Assembly (NCBI GenBank): GCA_964016885.1
Contig: OZ024762.1
Location: 8,866,001 to 8,930,000, forward strand
DNA from: Eledone cirrhosa
Taxonomy: Eukaryota
Direction of reading: 5' to 3'
Length of the DNA: 64,000 nucleotides
Below the pieces are notes generated by a model. It worked only from the letters and a program-made list of their open reading frames with translations. It was not told the DNA's origin and ran no database searches. Shown in pieces: positions 38,100 to 51,359 of the stretch. The stretch's first letter is position 1, and each line of letters starts with the position of its first letter. Both the position numbers and the translations under genes were made by a program.

Positions 38100-38470
38100 A
38101 ATTCTTCTTTACGTTCTTTTTCTTTGCCTTCTTCTTCTTCTTGCCCTTCTTTGCCTTCTTCTTCTTCTTCTTTGCCTTCTTCATCTTCTTCTACTTCTTC
38201 TTTGCCTTCGTCTTCTTCTTTGCCTTCGTCTTCTTCTTTGCCTTCGTCTTCTTCTTTGCCTTCTTCTTCTTCTTTGCCTTCATCTTCTTCTTTGCCTTCG
38301 TCTTCTTCTTTGCCTTCATCTTCTTCTTTGCCTTCATCTTCTTCTACTTCTTCTTTGCCTTTGTCTTCTTCTTTGCCTTCGTCTTCTTCTTTGCCTTCTT
38401 CTTTTTCTTCTTCTTCTTTGCCTTCTTCTTTTTCTTCTTTGTCTTCTTCTTCTTTGCCATCTTCTACTTC
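38100..38470. repeat. 18-bp (ttgccttcgtcttcttct) / (TTC)n repeat
   Basis: Direct inspection. Confidence 0.9.
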
Positions 38471-38939
38471 TCTTCCCCCTCCTCCTCCACCTCTCCTACA
38501 AGTCTACCTGCCAATATTTAAATTAAAGGTGTAATATAATAGAATGTTGTTGTAGTTTTATTTAGTTTTTCTTTTTTACTGGTGAGAAATTATTAAAAAA
38601 AACAAAAACTTTGTATATTTCTCCTTACACACACACACACACACACACACACTCATTCTCACTCACACACACACACTCTCATTCTCTCTCTATATATATA
38701 CACATATACACGCCTCTCTCCCTGTATAATTATATATGCTGTCCCCCCACTCTCTCTATCTCTCTCTGTATATATACCTGCTCTCCTCTCTCTATATGTA
38801 TGTATGTATATATATCCCCTCTCTCTTTCCGTATATGTGTCCCCCAAAAATGTATACACACTTGAGCAGTATTCTAATAAATGTGTGTATACATTTTTTT
38901 GTACACCCTGTGTGTATGTATATATATATATATATTTTG

Positions 38940-39513
38940 GATGGCCATTGACTGTTAAGAGCTCCTTTGCCCTTTGACAGGTTTTGTTTTTAGTCCTGCA
39001 GGATGTCCAAAGTCATCCGCCTCACCAAGAAACCTTGGTGGGGTTGCCAGTTTAGTCGCCAACGACCCAACCATGAGACAGGTTGTACTGGGATACAATC
39101 ACCGGGAGATATGACCCCTTAGCCTTTGTCAAGGCAGAATTCTAGGAGAAGGAAAACTCTGATATAACACCTGCAACCCTGATGGTATCCAATGATGTTG
39201 ACTTGTTCTTCTTTTTGGTAAATATCATCTTGGTTAAGGGAGTGGGACTGGCTTTGTGCAGTGCCTTTGCTCACTATAAAAGCTTCACGGCACAGGCATT
39301 GCTTTATATCTGGAGATCTCTCTGCACTTGTCGTCACATGGTACCATGGGCCCAGCACTATGTGTCAATAATTGTCACAGGTGTAGTGTTTGAACCAGAG
39401 TTTTCAAGTCGCTGGCTGAACTAAAAAGTCACACTCGTTCAGTGCATCGGTAGGGGGTTCTCCTACATGGATATAAAGTAGTGGCCGTACTCGAAAACGA
39501 GTTGGCAGCCACC
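38940..39513 (+). mobile_element. Composite non-autonomous RTE-type element ending in a decayed C2H2 zinc finger and short 3'UTR
   Basis: 39382-39453 reads CSV*TRVFKSLAELKSHTRSVHR*; ends tactcgaaaacgagttggcagccacc(AT)n. Confidence 0.5.
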
Positions 39514-39695
39514 ATATATATATATATATACTTATATACCCTCCTACTCAGTCTCTCCCTTGTACTCACACAGACATATATATGTATGTATAAACATACA
39601 CACACTCACACATGTATATATAAAAAGATGTGTATGGGGAAATCAACTGATAAATGGTGAGAGAGAGATCAAGAGATAGATCAGTGTGAGACATG

Positions 39696-39734
<39 letters not shown>

Positions 39735-39796
39735 TATGTGAGATGATAGATTGAGAGAGAGAGAGAGTGTGTGTATATAAAGAGAGAGAGAGTGTG

Positions 39797-39884
<88 letters not shown>

Positions 39885-39961
39885 ATATATATATGTATAT
39901 ATATAGAGAGAGAGAGAGCGAGTGTGTATATGTATATATATATATATAGAGAGAGAGTGTG

Positions 39962-39995
<34 letters not shown>

Positions 39996-39998
39996 ATG

Positions 39999-40029
<31 letters not shown>

Positions 40030-40112
40030 TGTATATATATATAGACCGAGAGAGAGTGTGTATATATAGAGAGAGAGAGAGAGTGTATATATATATATAT
40101 AGAGAGAGAGAG

Positions 40113-40388
40113 ATCAGTGTGTGAGATAATAGAGAGAGAGAGAGAGATCAGTGTGTGAGATGATAGAGAGAGAGAGATCAGTGTGTGAGATGATAGAGAG
40201 AGAGAGAGAGATCAGTGTGTGAGATGATAGAGAGAGAGAGAGAGATCAGTGTGTGAGATGATAGAGAGAGAGAGAGAGAGAGATCAGTGTGAGATGATAG
40301 AGAGAGAGAGATCAGTGTGTGAGATGATAGAGAGAGAGAGATCAGTGTGTGAGATGATAGAGAGAGAGAGAGAGATCAGTGTGTGAGA

Positions 40389-40433
<45 letters not shown>

Positions 40434-40735
40434 AGTGTGAGATGATAGAGAGAGAGAGATCAGTGTGTGAGATGATAGAGAGAGAGAGAGAGAGATCAGT
40501 GTGTGAGATGATAGAGATAGAGAGAGAGATCAGTGTGTGAGATGATAGAGAGAGAGAGATCAGTGTGTGAGATGATAGAGAGAGAGAGAGAGATCAGTGT
40601 ATGAGATGATAGAGAGAGAGGGAGATCAGTGTGTGAGATGATAGAGAGAGAGAGATCAGTGTGTGAGATGATAGAGAGAGATCAGTGTGTGAGATGATAG
40701 AGAGATAGAGAGAGAGATCAGTGTGAGAGATGAGA
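40113..40735. repeat. Array of gatcagtgtgtgagatgata separated by variable (GA)n, ~20 units
   Basis: Direct inspection. Confidence 0.9.
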
Positions 40736-41043
40736 GAGGGAGATTATAGAGACAAACTTGTAAAGAAGTATCAGAAAACCAAATGAAATCAATATGCTAA
40801 AACAATGCCGTCTGAATACATCTCATAAATCCATAAATAGAGGTTTTTAAATATTTAAAAGAACTATTTTAATTTTATTTAATATTTAATACATCTATCT
40901 ATATTTTCTCAAATATATTGCCTTCATTTTCCTTAGTTTTTGGGGGTTTGGTTTTTTTCATATATATTTGTGTATGTGTCTGTAAAATGCTTAACTTGAA
41001 TGATTTTTTTTTTTTTTATAGAATATGTATGTATGTGTGTGTG

Positions 41044-41076
<33 letters not shown>

Positions 41077-41189
41077 ATAAATGGAGGGGGAGTTATTTCT
41101 GTATGGACTAGAACTGTTTCATTTGGAGCAAATCATCAGAAAAGCCCACTTACTTACTGTGGTTACCTCCGATTGAACCCAGGACAAAC

Positions 41190-41437
41190 ATAATAATAAA
41201 TGTGAAGACTAAAATCCGAAGAGGGTTCGATAAATATAATATATATAAACGATATAAAACCATAGAGCAAATATTTATAAAAATAACAGATTAAAGTTTA
41301 AGCAAAGAATCGCTGCTTTCACCCTTAACGGGATCTTCTGAAACTATATATACTCACATATATATCAAACAGTTTCAGAAGATCCCGTTAAGGGTGAAAG
41401 CAGATTCTTTGCTTAAACTTTAATGTGTTATTTTAAT
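41190..41437 (-). mobile_element. Fold-back Penelope-like terminus family C with variant hammerheads (41295-41345 minus; 41371-41419 plus)
   Basis: agttt-CAGAAGA-tccc gttaa gggt-GAAA-GCAG..TTGC-TT-aaact; same family at 59277-59500 and 45733-45860. Confidence 0.65.
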
Positions 41438-41642
41438 ATATATATATATATATATATATAAATATATAACGAAGGAAATGTGGTAAGGAACCAGGTGGAC
41501 CATAACACACCAAAGTACTCAATACTTAGGGTAGTAGAGTGGGTAATAGGAACAAGTAAGACCCCATATATATATATATAAATGGAGGGGGAGTTATTTC
41601 TGTATGTGAGTATATTTGTGTGAGCATATATATATAAAAAAC

Positions 41643-41921
41643 AGTCTAAAGTCTGTCTTAAGCCAGAAGGCTCATTTGGTCTGTTTATCCCTGTTTCATG
41701 GCGTGAAGCGACTGAGAGTACAAGACTCCTCCCTGGACAGGATGCCAGTCCATCGGAGTGTTAAACCTCCAGCTATTATTGGTACTCATTTTCAGCTGAG
41801 TATACTGGAGCAACGTGAAATGAAGTGTTTTGCTCAAGAACACAACATGCAGCCCAGGAATCGAACCCACGACATTATGATCGTAAGTCCAACACCCTTA
41901 CCACTAGGCCACATGCCTCCA
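41643..41921 (-). mobile_element. tRNA/CORE SINE variant 2
   Basis: Matches 24632-24918 and 4721-5005. Confidence 0.8.
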
Positions 41922-42294
41922 TATATATATATATATACATGTATATATATAAAAATCAGGATAGATTCAGTATGAAACTGGTTAGACCATTACTCAGCAG
42001 AGTACTCAATACTTGGGGTAGTAGAGTATGGTTATATTATAAAGAGTTGAGGCCCCAACAGCTGAGCTCTTGCAACTAGCCGTAGTAACAGCAAGAGCTC
42101 AGCCGTCGGGGACCCAACTCTTTATAATATACATATCTGGACTTTTTTTCTGTTTCTCATTTGTGATCTTATCCCTATATTGTGCCCCTAAAGAATGGCT
42201 TAAGCCCGACACATTGAACTTTCTTTCCTCTTTTCCAATATAAAGCGTGAAACTAATACGACTTTGTGTACCTTTGTTTGTTGTCTCCTTGAAC

Positions 42295-42334
<40 letters not shown>

Positions 42335-42337
<3 letters not shown>

Positions 42338-42635
42338 ACACATGAAAAACTCAGAGCTGTATGGGAGCATCCCAAAAGTCAGCTCAAAAGTGACACAGAG
42401 GAGACTGAGGTTAGCTGGACATGCTCACCGACATCCAGAGTTGACATTGGACTCAGTGCTCCTTTGGGAGCCCCTACATGGACACACTAGAAGAGGAAGA
42501 CCAAGGTTAACGTATGTTGATGCCCTAAGGACAGACACTGGTCTGTTGGAGACGCAGGGCATGGCAGCGATAATGAGGGACAGAGACCGCTGGAGAGAAC
42601 TCGTCCATGGATCTCGGGAATTTTACCCGCCTTAG
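42335..42635 (+). mobile_element. 5'-truncated LINE (RTE/RTEX-like) ORF C-terminus
   Basis: RRLRLAGHAHRHPE..LLWEP.HG..RRGRP..TYVD..DRDRWR; stop followed directly by (TA)n. Confidence 0.8.
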
Positions 42636-42658
42636 ATATATATATATATATATATATA

Positions 42659-43876
42659 TCATCATCATCATCATCATCACCGTTTTACGTCCGTTCTTCC
42701 ACGCTAGCATGGGTTAGACGGGTTGTCCTGTTGTGGGCAGTGTCTGGTCGGCTGACCATGCCTTGCTCATACAGGAACTGATCTGGCTTGATTTCTACAG
42801 CTGGATGCCCTTCCTAACACCAACCTCATTTACAGTGAGTGCTGGGTGCTTTTTCGTGGCGCCTACACGTCCACTTTACAGTGTGGGCTGGGTGCTTTTT
42901 TGCCGTGGCACCTCGACGGCCACCTTGCGGGGGGGGGGGGGGGGGGGGGGCATATTGTTTATATGCTTCAGCATGTACCCATGGGAGGTCGGGTACCCTG
43001 TATTACTGCGTGACGCCAGAAGTCACGGTCGTGTGTCATTGACTTTGAGAGGTGTAGTTGGGTAAGGTCGGCTTTTATCACCTCATCCCAAGTCATCTTG
43101 GGTCTCCCCACTCCGCAGTTTCCATCAACTTCTAGTGCTCTGCACCTTTTTATGCAGCTGTCATCCTTCATACGCATCACATGTCCATACCAGCGTAACC
43201 GCCTCTCCTGCACGCAGCATTTGATTCCTCTTATGCTCAGTCTCTCTCTCAATTCCTTTATGCTTTGTCGTTCACGTATATTACTGTTACACATCCATCG
43301 GAGCATGCAGGCTTCGTTTCCCTCTAATCTACGTAAGTCTTCCACCTTCAGCGCCCAGGTCTCACTACCATGCAACATCGCTGTTCGGATACACGCATCA
43401 TACAGTCTGCCTTTCATTCTGAGGGAGAAGCCTTTTGCAGCTAGCAGTGGTAGTAGTTCCCTAAACTTCTTCCATCCCGTTCTTACCCTAGTTATTGTAC
43501 TTTCTGAGCACCCACCTCCGTTGCTAATTCGGTCACCTAGGTAGCAGAAGCTGTCTACTGTTTCTACAGGGCCCTCCCAGAGATTGGTGGTACTTGTTTC
43601 CTGTGGCTGTTTGCTTGCTGTTTCAGCACAGCTGCTGCATGTGAATCCTACATTCTTAATTAAGCTTCCTGAGATCCCGCTACATCTCTTGTGTACCCAT
43701 TGTTTGCATTTGGGGCAGAGAATGGAGTTCCTACCTACACCTTTCCTACATACTGAGCAAGGCCATTTCCCTGAGGGGATCTGGGTTCTGTTTTCTCGTC
43801 TACTTACAAGGACCTTAGTCTTTGTCATGTTGACTTTGAGGCCCTTTCTCTCTAGTCCCTGCTTCCAGGTTTGGAA
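42659..43876 (-). mobile_element. Young 5'-truncated RTE-clade LINE (ORF C-terminus + 3'UTR + (ATG)n tail)
   Basis: Uninterrupted ~300 codons with GLKVNMTKTKV, FCYLG, LHGSETW, RRLRWYGHV, GRPKMTW, DRDFWR motifs. Confidence 0.92.
42968..43876 (-). pseudogene. Truncated reverse-transcriptase ORF with embedded PHD-type finger (43628-43759)
   Basis: CSVC..CPKC.KQWVHKRC..CSSC = C4HC3 spacing. Confidence 0.8.
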
Positions 43877-44050
43877 TATATATATATATATACACACACA
43901 CATTCTTATAGTCAGTCACTCACCACTGCTTGCTATGTATGTGTCATGGAGAATTGATGTGGGTGTATATATATATATTGTATACCTCTATTGTCCTGGG
44001 GTCAGACATTCACATGTCTGGGGGGTGGGGTTTGATGATGATGATTATAT

Positions 44051-44105
<55 letters not shown>

Positions 44106-44391
44106 AAGTGTATCGAACTAGATTTTGTGCTAGGACGTTGAACTTTTCCACTCACTCATATATATATATGTGTGTGTGTGTGTATACATATATGGGTGTG
44201 TATGTGTGCGTGTATACAAATGTGTGTGTATATACATATATGTATGTGTGTGTATACAAATGTGTGCGTGTATACATATATGTATGTGTGTGTATACATG
44301 TGTGTGTGTATATATACATATATATATATATATGTGTGTGTGTGTGTACATATATATATGTATGTGTGTATATATATATAGATATATACAC

Positions 44392-44800
44392 AGTTTAACA
44401 GTGTACTAAAAAGGATCATCAGTGAAAATAAAGCTTGGGTAATGACTGAAAGAATGCAATCAAAAATACAAGGGGCCGAAATGGGGTTCCTCTGAAGGGT
44501 CTTTGGAGTAACGTTACTCAATAGAGTGGGTAGCTCTGAGACTCACTCCAGGTAGAGCTGCTACTTTTCTGAATTGAGAGATCACAGCTCAGATACTATG
44601 GACATGTGGTTAGAATGTCTCAGGAAAGAATCGCTGGACAGATTTTATGGGGCAAAAACCAACAGGTAGGAGACCCACCTGAGCAAGATGGTTGGATAAC
44701 ATCCATGAGCTTGGCTGGTCACACTTGGGGAGCCAGCCAGATCGGTTGGAGACAGTTGCTTCTGAAAGGACCTGCTAGAAGGAGTGTTTGAGGACTCTTC
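44392..44800 (+). mobile_element. Decayed RTE-type LINE 3' fragment
   Basis: AEMGFL*RVFGVTLLNRV..IERSQLRYYGHVVRMSQER remnants. Confidence 0.75.
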
Positions 44801-45165
44801 TGAGAGGACCCACTGTAAGGAGTGTTTGAGGACTCTTCTGACAGGACCCACTGTAAGGAGTGTTTGAGGACTCTTCTGACAGGACCCACTGTAAGGAGTG
44901 TTTGAGGACTCTTCTGACAGGACCCACTGTAAGGAGGGTTTGAGGATTCTTCTGACAGGACCCACTGTAAGGAGTGTTTGAGGACTCTTCTGAGAGGACC
45001 CACTGTAAGGAGTGTTTGAGGATTCTTCTGACAGGACCCACTGTAAGGAGTGCTTGAGGACTCTTCTGACAGGACCCACTGTAAGGAGTGTTTGAGGATT
45101 CTTCTGACAGGACCCACTCTAAGGAGTGTTTGAGGACTCTTCTGACAGGACCCACTGGAAGGAGT
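44781..45165. repeat. 38-bp tandem array (~10 copies) amplified from LINE 3' end
   Basis: ggagtgtttgaggactcttctgacaggacccactgtaa at 44781, 44819... Confidence 0.95.
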
Positions 45166-45502
45166 ATTTTACCCTTTAATGTTCAAACCGGCCAAAACCG
45201 GCCAGAATTCTCTACCTCTTTCTGTTGAAATTTGCTTTAACTGGTTGCTCAAACTGATGTTAAGGTATTTTAGGGTACCACCATATACACACACACATAT
45301 ATATATATATATATATTTATATATAGTTTCGTTGACAAGTATATTAATGTGCACAGACACACATATATATTGCCCTTGGTATGACAGTGTTGTTTTAGCT
45401 CAATGTAGGATAAGGCTGGCCTTGGGACACCCCTACTTGTCCTTTATCCTTGTTCTGGTGACAGAGCTAGATGGAGCCGGCAACCTTTGATATATATTTT
45501 TG

Positions 45503-45561
45503 TTTATAAGCTCTGATGATTCCTGCCCTAGGGTATGGATGAAACACTGTTAGCAAATAAA
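45503..45561 (+). ncRNA. Minimal type I hammerhead ribozyme
   Basis: gct-CTGATGA(45513-45519)-TTCC TGCCC ta GGGTA t GGAT-GAAAC act GTT-agc then AATAAA. Confidence 0.75.
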
Positions 45562-45910
45562 ACTATGTATTTCTAAGCACTCTTTGGTAGTATATATATA
45601 TATATATACACACATATATATATATATCATCATCATCATCATTTTACGTCCATTCTGCTAAGCTAGCTGTTGTGGGCAATGTTAGGGGTGGGGTTGAGGG
45701 GGGAGTGACCTTGTCTTGCTCGTACGGGTAGTAATAATAACGCATGTGAAGACTAAAATCCAAAGAGGGCTCGATAAGGATTATATACAATATATGTATA
45801 AACCCATAGAGCAAATATTTATTTATTATAAGAACAGATTAAAGTTTAAGCGAAGAATCACTACATATGTGAATATATGTATGTATATGCATAAGTCATT
45901 GACATATGTC

Positions 45911-45980
<70 letters not shown>

Positions 45981-46106
45981 GATATATGTGTATATATATA
46001 TATGTATATATATGTATATATATATATGTATATATATATGTGTATATATATATATATGTATATATATATGTGTATATATATATATATGTATATTTATATA
46101 TGTGTG

Positions 46107-46156
<50 letters not shown>

Positions 46157-46161
46157 TATGC

Positions 46162-46193
<32 letters not shown>

Positions 46194-46286
46194 GTAGTTA
46201 TATGTGTATGTATATATATATGTATATATATATTTATATATATATATGTATATATATATTTATATATATATATGTATATATATATG

Positions 46287-46320
<34 letters not shown>

Positions 46321-46411
46321 TATGCATATATATATATATATATATGTATATATGTAGATATATGTGTATGTATATATATATATGTAGATATATGTGTATA
46401 TATATATATAT

Positions 46412-46465
<54 letters not shown>

Positions 46466-46690
46466 GTGCAGGCGTGTGGCTGAGCGGTTAGAGAATTGGA
46501 TTCGCAATCGTGAGGTTGTGAGTTCGATTCCTGGACCGGGCGATGCGTTATGTCCTTGAGCAAGACACTTTATTTCACGTTGCTCCTTCTACCTGGAGTT
46601 GCGACCGATAGATAGTATTAGCAACTGGAAAGACCAACGGAAACATTGTTTCCTCGGTCCGATTTGACGAAAGTCAATCGATTTTCTATC

Positions 46691-46735
<45 letters not shown>

Positions 46736-46902
46736 CTATGCATATATATATAATATATCGAGAGTCTTTCTTTTCAATGGAGGCCCATAAGGACTATCCA
46801 TTTATTTTTGTGACTCAAAACCGTACGGTAAGGGTAACCATAGCAGGTACAGTGAAATGTTTAAAATTTATTTTAAAACTTTTTCTTATTTGCTAAACCT
46901 TG

Positions 46903-46942
<40 letters not shown>

Positions 46943-47109
46943 GTGGTGTGTGTGTCTGTGTGTGATACAAGCCGCCCATCCTTCGTCCGTCTTCCAAGAC
47001 CAACACCCCACTCTCCAGAGCGTGAGATTAATAAACATTCGTTGTACTGCCTCTCTGTTTTGTTCCTGTTCAAATTTTTCCATTATATATATATATATAT
47101 ATTTTGCAA

Positions 47110-47405
47110 ACGAAAGGTTGTGAGTTCAATTCTCAGACCGGGTGATGTGTTGTTTCCTTGAGCAAGACACTTTATTTCACATTGCTCCAGTTTACTCAGC
47201 TGTAGAAATGAGATGATAGGGACTGGGGTCTCTATCATTCCATTGCAAAGTGGTCGTGTAGGTGCTGCAGCAAAAAAGCACCCACTGTAAATGAGGTTGG
47301 TGTTAGGAAGGGCATCCAGCTGTAGAAATCAAGCCAGAATCAGTTCCCGTCCCACCCTTGCAAGCAGTGAAAAGCGGACGTAAAATGAAATGATGATGAT
47401 GATGA
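47110..47405 (+). mobile_element. 5'-truncated SINE-C
   Basis: Identity to SINE-C. Confidence 0.85.
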
Positions 47406-48113
47406 TATATATATATATATATACATATATATTTATATATATATGTGTGTGTGTGTACATATATCATCATCATCATCGTTTAACGTCCATCTTCCACGCT
47501 AGCAAGGGTTTGGACAGGAATTTTCCCACTTGAGGCAAGATTGGTTGTCTTGCTCGTATAGGACTGTCTGGCGGGTTTTCTACGGCTGGATGCCCTTCCT
47601 AACACCAACCATGTTTACAGTGTGGACTGGGAGGTTTATATATATATATATATGTGTGTGTATATATATATATGTGTGTGTGTGTGTGCATGTATATATG
47701 TACACATAAATATATGTATAAGTATGTGTATATATACGTACATATATATATATTTATATATATATGTATATATATATACATACATATATATATATGTATG
47801 TATATATATATATATGTGTGCATGTATATATGTACACATAAGTATATATATATGTATGTGTATATATATATGTATATATGTACATATATATATATATAAT
47901 ATATATATGGGTATACCTGTCTACATACACATACAGCCACCCACATATATATTCCTTCCCTGGCACAAATATATAAACTCTGCTATGTTGTTCTAAGGTC
48001 ATTGACACCTCTATATAACTATTATTAGAAATGACACCAGCCGCATATTTTCACACACATACTGTGTGTGTGGGTGTATATATATATATACATATATATA
48101 TACACACACATAC

Positions 48114-48172
<59 letters not shown>

Positions 48173-48185
48173 CTACATATATATA

Positions 48186-48525
48186 TCATCATCAGCATTT
48201 CATTTTACGTCCACTTTTCCCTGCTTGCAAGGGTGGGATGGGAACTGATTCTGGCTTGATTTCTACAGCTGGATGCCCTTCCTAACACCAACCTCATTTA
48301 CAGTGAGTGCTGGGTGCTTTTTTGCCGTGGCACCTCCACGACCACTTTGCAGTGGAATGATAGGGACCCCAGTCCTATCATCTCATTTCTACAGCTGAGT
48401 AAACTGGAGCAATGTGAAATAAAGTGTCTTGCTCAAGGAAACAACACATCACCCGGTCTGAGAATTGAACTCACAACCTTTCGATTGCAAGGCCAATGCT
48501 CTAACCACTAAGCCATGTGCCTCCA
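48186..48525 (-). mobile_element. Full-length SINE-C
   Basis: Identity to 5388-5726. Confidence 0.9.
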
Positions 48526-48744
48526 TATGCCTATACATATATATATCCATACTGTGTATGTATATATATATATATATATATAAGGGACAACAAGTTATCG
48601 TTATAGGTAATCTAGTTAGAGGTTGTGAGTACTCTGCGTCGTGGATAGTTTTAACGTACGGCTTTGTTTGACTCAACAAGATGCTTCCATAGTTAGGCAG
48701 CGGGGTCGCGAGAATTCCTATGCAGGTTAAACTTGGAGTAATAA

Positions 48745-48980
48745 TAGTGAAAGATTGAATAGTGACATGGTTGGCTGTACAATAAGGGGCTTTATTTCAA
48801 GTACTGACATACCTACATACTGTGATGTGTTGACCAGAGGTTAACAATGTATTGGAGATCGAGTGACGCAACTTCAAGCGATTAGCGAACTTTAGTCTCA
48901 CCTGATCAACGAAACAATCGTCAGTACTTTAAATAAAGCCCTTATTGTACAGCCAACCATGTTACTCTTCATTCTTTAAC

Positions 48981-48982
<2 letters not shown>
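48745..48982. mobile_element. Fold-back Penelope-like terminus with long-stem-II variant hammerhead (48818-48926, plus)
   Basis: Arms ~48745-48808 / ~48920-48982; tact-GTGATGT-GTTGACCAG..CTGATCAAC-GAAAC aatc GTC-agta. Confidence 0.55.
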
Positions 48983-49011
<29 letters not shown>

Positions 49012-49205
49012 GTATATATATATATGTATATGTATATATATATATGTATATGTATGTATATATATATATGTATATATGTATATATGTATATATATATATA
49101 AATATATAGATATATGTATATATTTAAGTATGTATATGTATATATATATATATATGTATATCTGTATATTTGTATATATACATATATACATATACACATA
49201 CATAC

Positions 49206-49260
<55 letters not shown>

Positions 49261-49273
49261 CATATATATATAT

Positions 49274-49349
<76 letters not shown>

Positions 49350-49387
49350 CTATATATATATATATACACATACATACCCATACATAC

Positions 49388-49457
<70 letters not shown>

Positions 49458-49564
49458 ATATATATACATATATTTAGAGATACATATATATATGTATATA
49501 TATTGAGAGTTATAGACATCTAGCTAAACAGTCACTCAAGGCCACAGGTATGTATGTATGTATG

Positions 49565-49599
<35 letters not shown>

Positions 49600-49837
49600 T
49601 GTGTGTGTGTGTATATATATATATATGCTTCTGTGTGTGTGTATATATATATATATAGATGGACGTTAAACAATGATGATGATGATGATGATATATATAT
49701 TACCCTACCAACCTAAGGTCACTGGTATGTATATATAACTGGATGTGTATATAATTAGAACTGTCAGCTGGTGTCTGCCCCATACTTCCTGGTGTGTATA
49801 CACACCAGATACTTGTGTGTATATATATATATATATA

Positions 49838-49992
49838 TTTAATATAGAAATTGCTTCTACAGAACTAGAACTGTTTCATTCGGGAGCAATCATCAGGAAG
49901 CCCTGATGATTTTCTCTGAATGAAACAGTTCTAGTCCTGTAGAAGCCATTTCTTACTTACTGTGGTTACCCCCAATTCAACCCGGGATAAAC
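49838..49992. mobile_element. Fold-back family B element (cores 49890-49896 minus, 49903-49909 plus)
   Basis: Identity to family B. Confidence 0.7.
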
Positions 49993-50285
49993 TTATATAT
50001 ATATATATATACATATATATATAAATATATATATATGACCAAAGATTAATATGATTCATTGATTACTCAATGAATATAGTTTTACAATAGATTAAAAGCA
50101 CTCTAAAGTGAAATTTTCTGGAGTTAGTAATCATTATCATCATCATCATCATCGTTTAACGTCCATTTTTCACATTAGCATGGGTCTGGATGGGAATTGT
50201 CCCACTTGAGGCAAGATTGGTTGTCTTGCTCAGGACTGTCTGGCGGGTTTTCTACGGCTGGATGCCCTTCCTAACACCAACCACA

Positions 50286-50860
50286 TTTACAGTGTGGACT
50301 GGGAGGTTTTTACTGTGTTACCTACATGACCACTTTACAGTGTGGACTGCGTGTTTTTTGTCGTGACACCTACATGACCACTTTACAGTGTGTACTGGGT
50401 GGTTTTTGTCGTGACTCCTACATGACCACTTTACAGTGTGTACTGGGTGGTTTTTGTCGTGACTCCTACATGACCACTTTACAGTGTGGACTGCGTGTTT
50501 TTTGTCGTGACACCTACATGACCACTTTACAGTGTGGACTGCGTGTTTTTTGTTGTGACACCTACATGACCACTTTACAGTGTGGACTGCGTGTTTTTTG
50601 TCGTGACACCTACATGACCACTTTACAGTGTGTACTGGGTGGTTTTTGTCGTGACTCCTACATGACCACTTTACAGTGTGTACTGGGTGGTTTTAGTCGT
50701 GACACCTACATGACCACTTTACAGTGTGTACTGGGTGGTTTTTGTCGTGACTCCTACACAACCACGTTAACAGTGTGGACTGGGAGGTTTTTACCGTGTT
50801 ACCTACACGGCCACATTACAGCGTGGACTGTGTGTTTTTTGTCGTGACACCTACACGACC
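50286..50860. repeat. 48-bp tandem array (~11-12 copies) inside RTE 3'UTR
   Basis: acagtgtggactgcgtgttttttgtcgtgacacctacatgaccacttt. Confidence 0.93.
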
Positions 50861-51167
50861 TCATTTATTTAGGACTGGATGTTGTGATACCAACATAGCT
50901 TTACATCGGAAGGGTTGGTGTAGATGGCGGTGGGGGCAGGGTTAGTGGGACGGGGGTGTATTTTGGTTAAGAGGTGCCTACTGACTGTAGGTAATATTAT
51001 TCAAAATATTAATAAATGAATACGTTCACATAATCAAAATATATGTTTCATTATATATATTTCGGAGGTACTGTGCTGTTTTTTCAGTACGCCCTCATCA
51101 GATAAAATATATGAATTGATGTATGACATTCAAGACATATGAGGTATGTCATACATCAATTCATATA

Positions 51168-51229
51168 TTTTATCTGATGAGGACGTACTGAAAAAACAGC
51201 ACAGTACCTCCGAAATATATATAATGAAA
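51168..51229 (+). ncRNA. Type I hammerhead ribozyme (family A); mirror copy core at 51095-51101 minus
   Basis: ttttat-CTGATGA(51174-51180)-GGACGTACTG..CAGTACCTCC-GAAA-TATATA-TA-atgaaa. Confidence 0.75.
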
Positions 51230-51359
51230 CATATATTTTGATTATGTGAACATATTCATTTATTAATATTTTGAATAATATATACATATATATCATCATC
51301 ATCAGCATCATCATTTTACGTCCGCTTTTCCCTGCTTGCAAAGGTGGAACGGGAACAGT

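Larger units (their letters stand above)
50036..51280 (-). mobile_element. Family A fold-back element interrupted by an RTE 3'UTR insertion (50132-50990)
   Basis: 50036-50131 + 50995-51129 reconstruct 1170-1400; gtaat duplicated at 50127-50131 / 50991-50995; arms 50995-51129 / 51146-51280. Confidence 0.75.

Noticed and set aside
37935-38534. Ser-rich / Phe-rich ORFs
   Set aside because: (TTC)n and 18-bp repeat translation.
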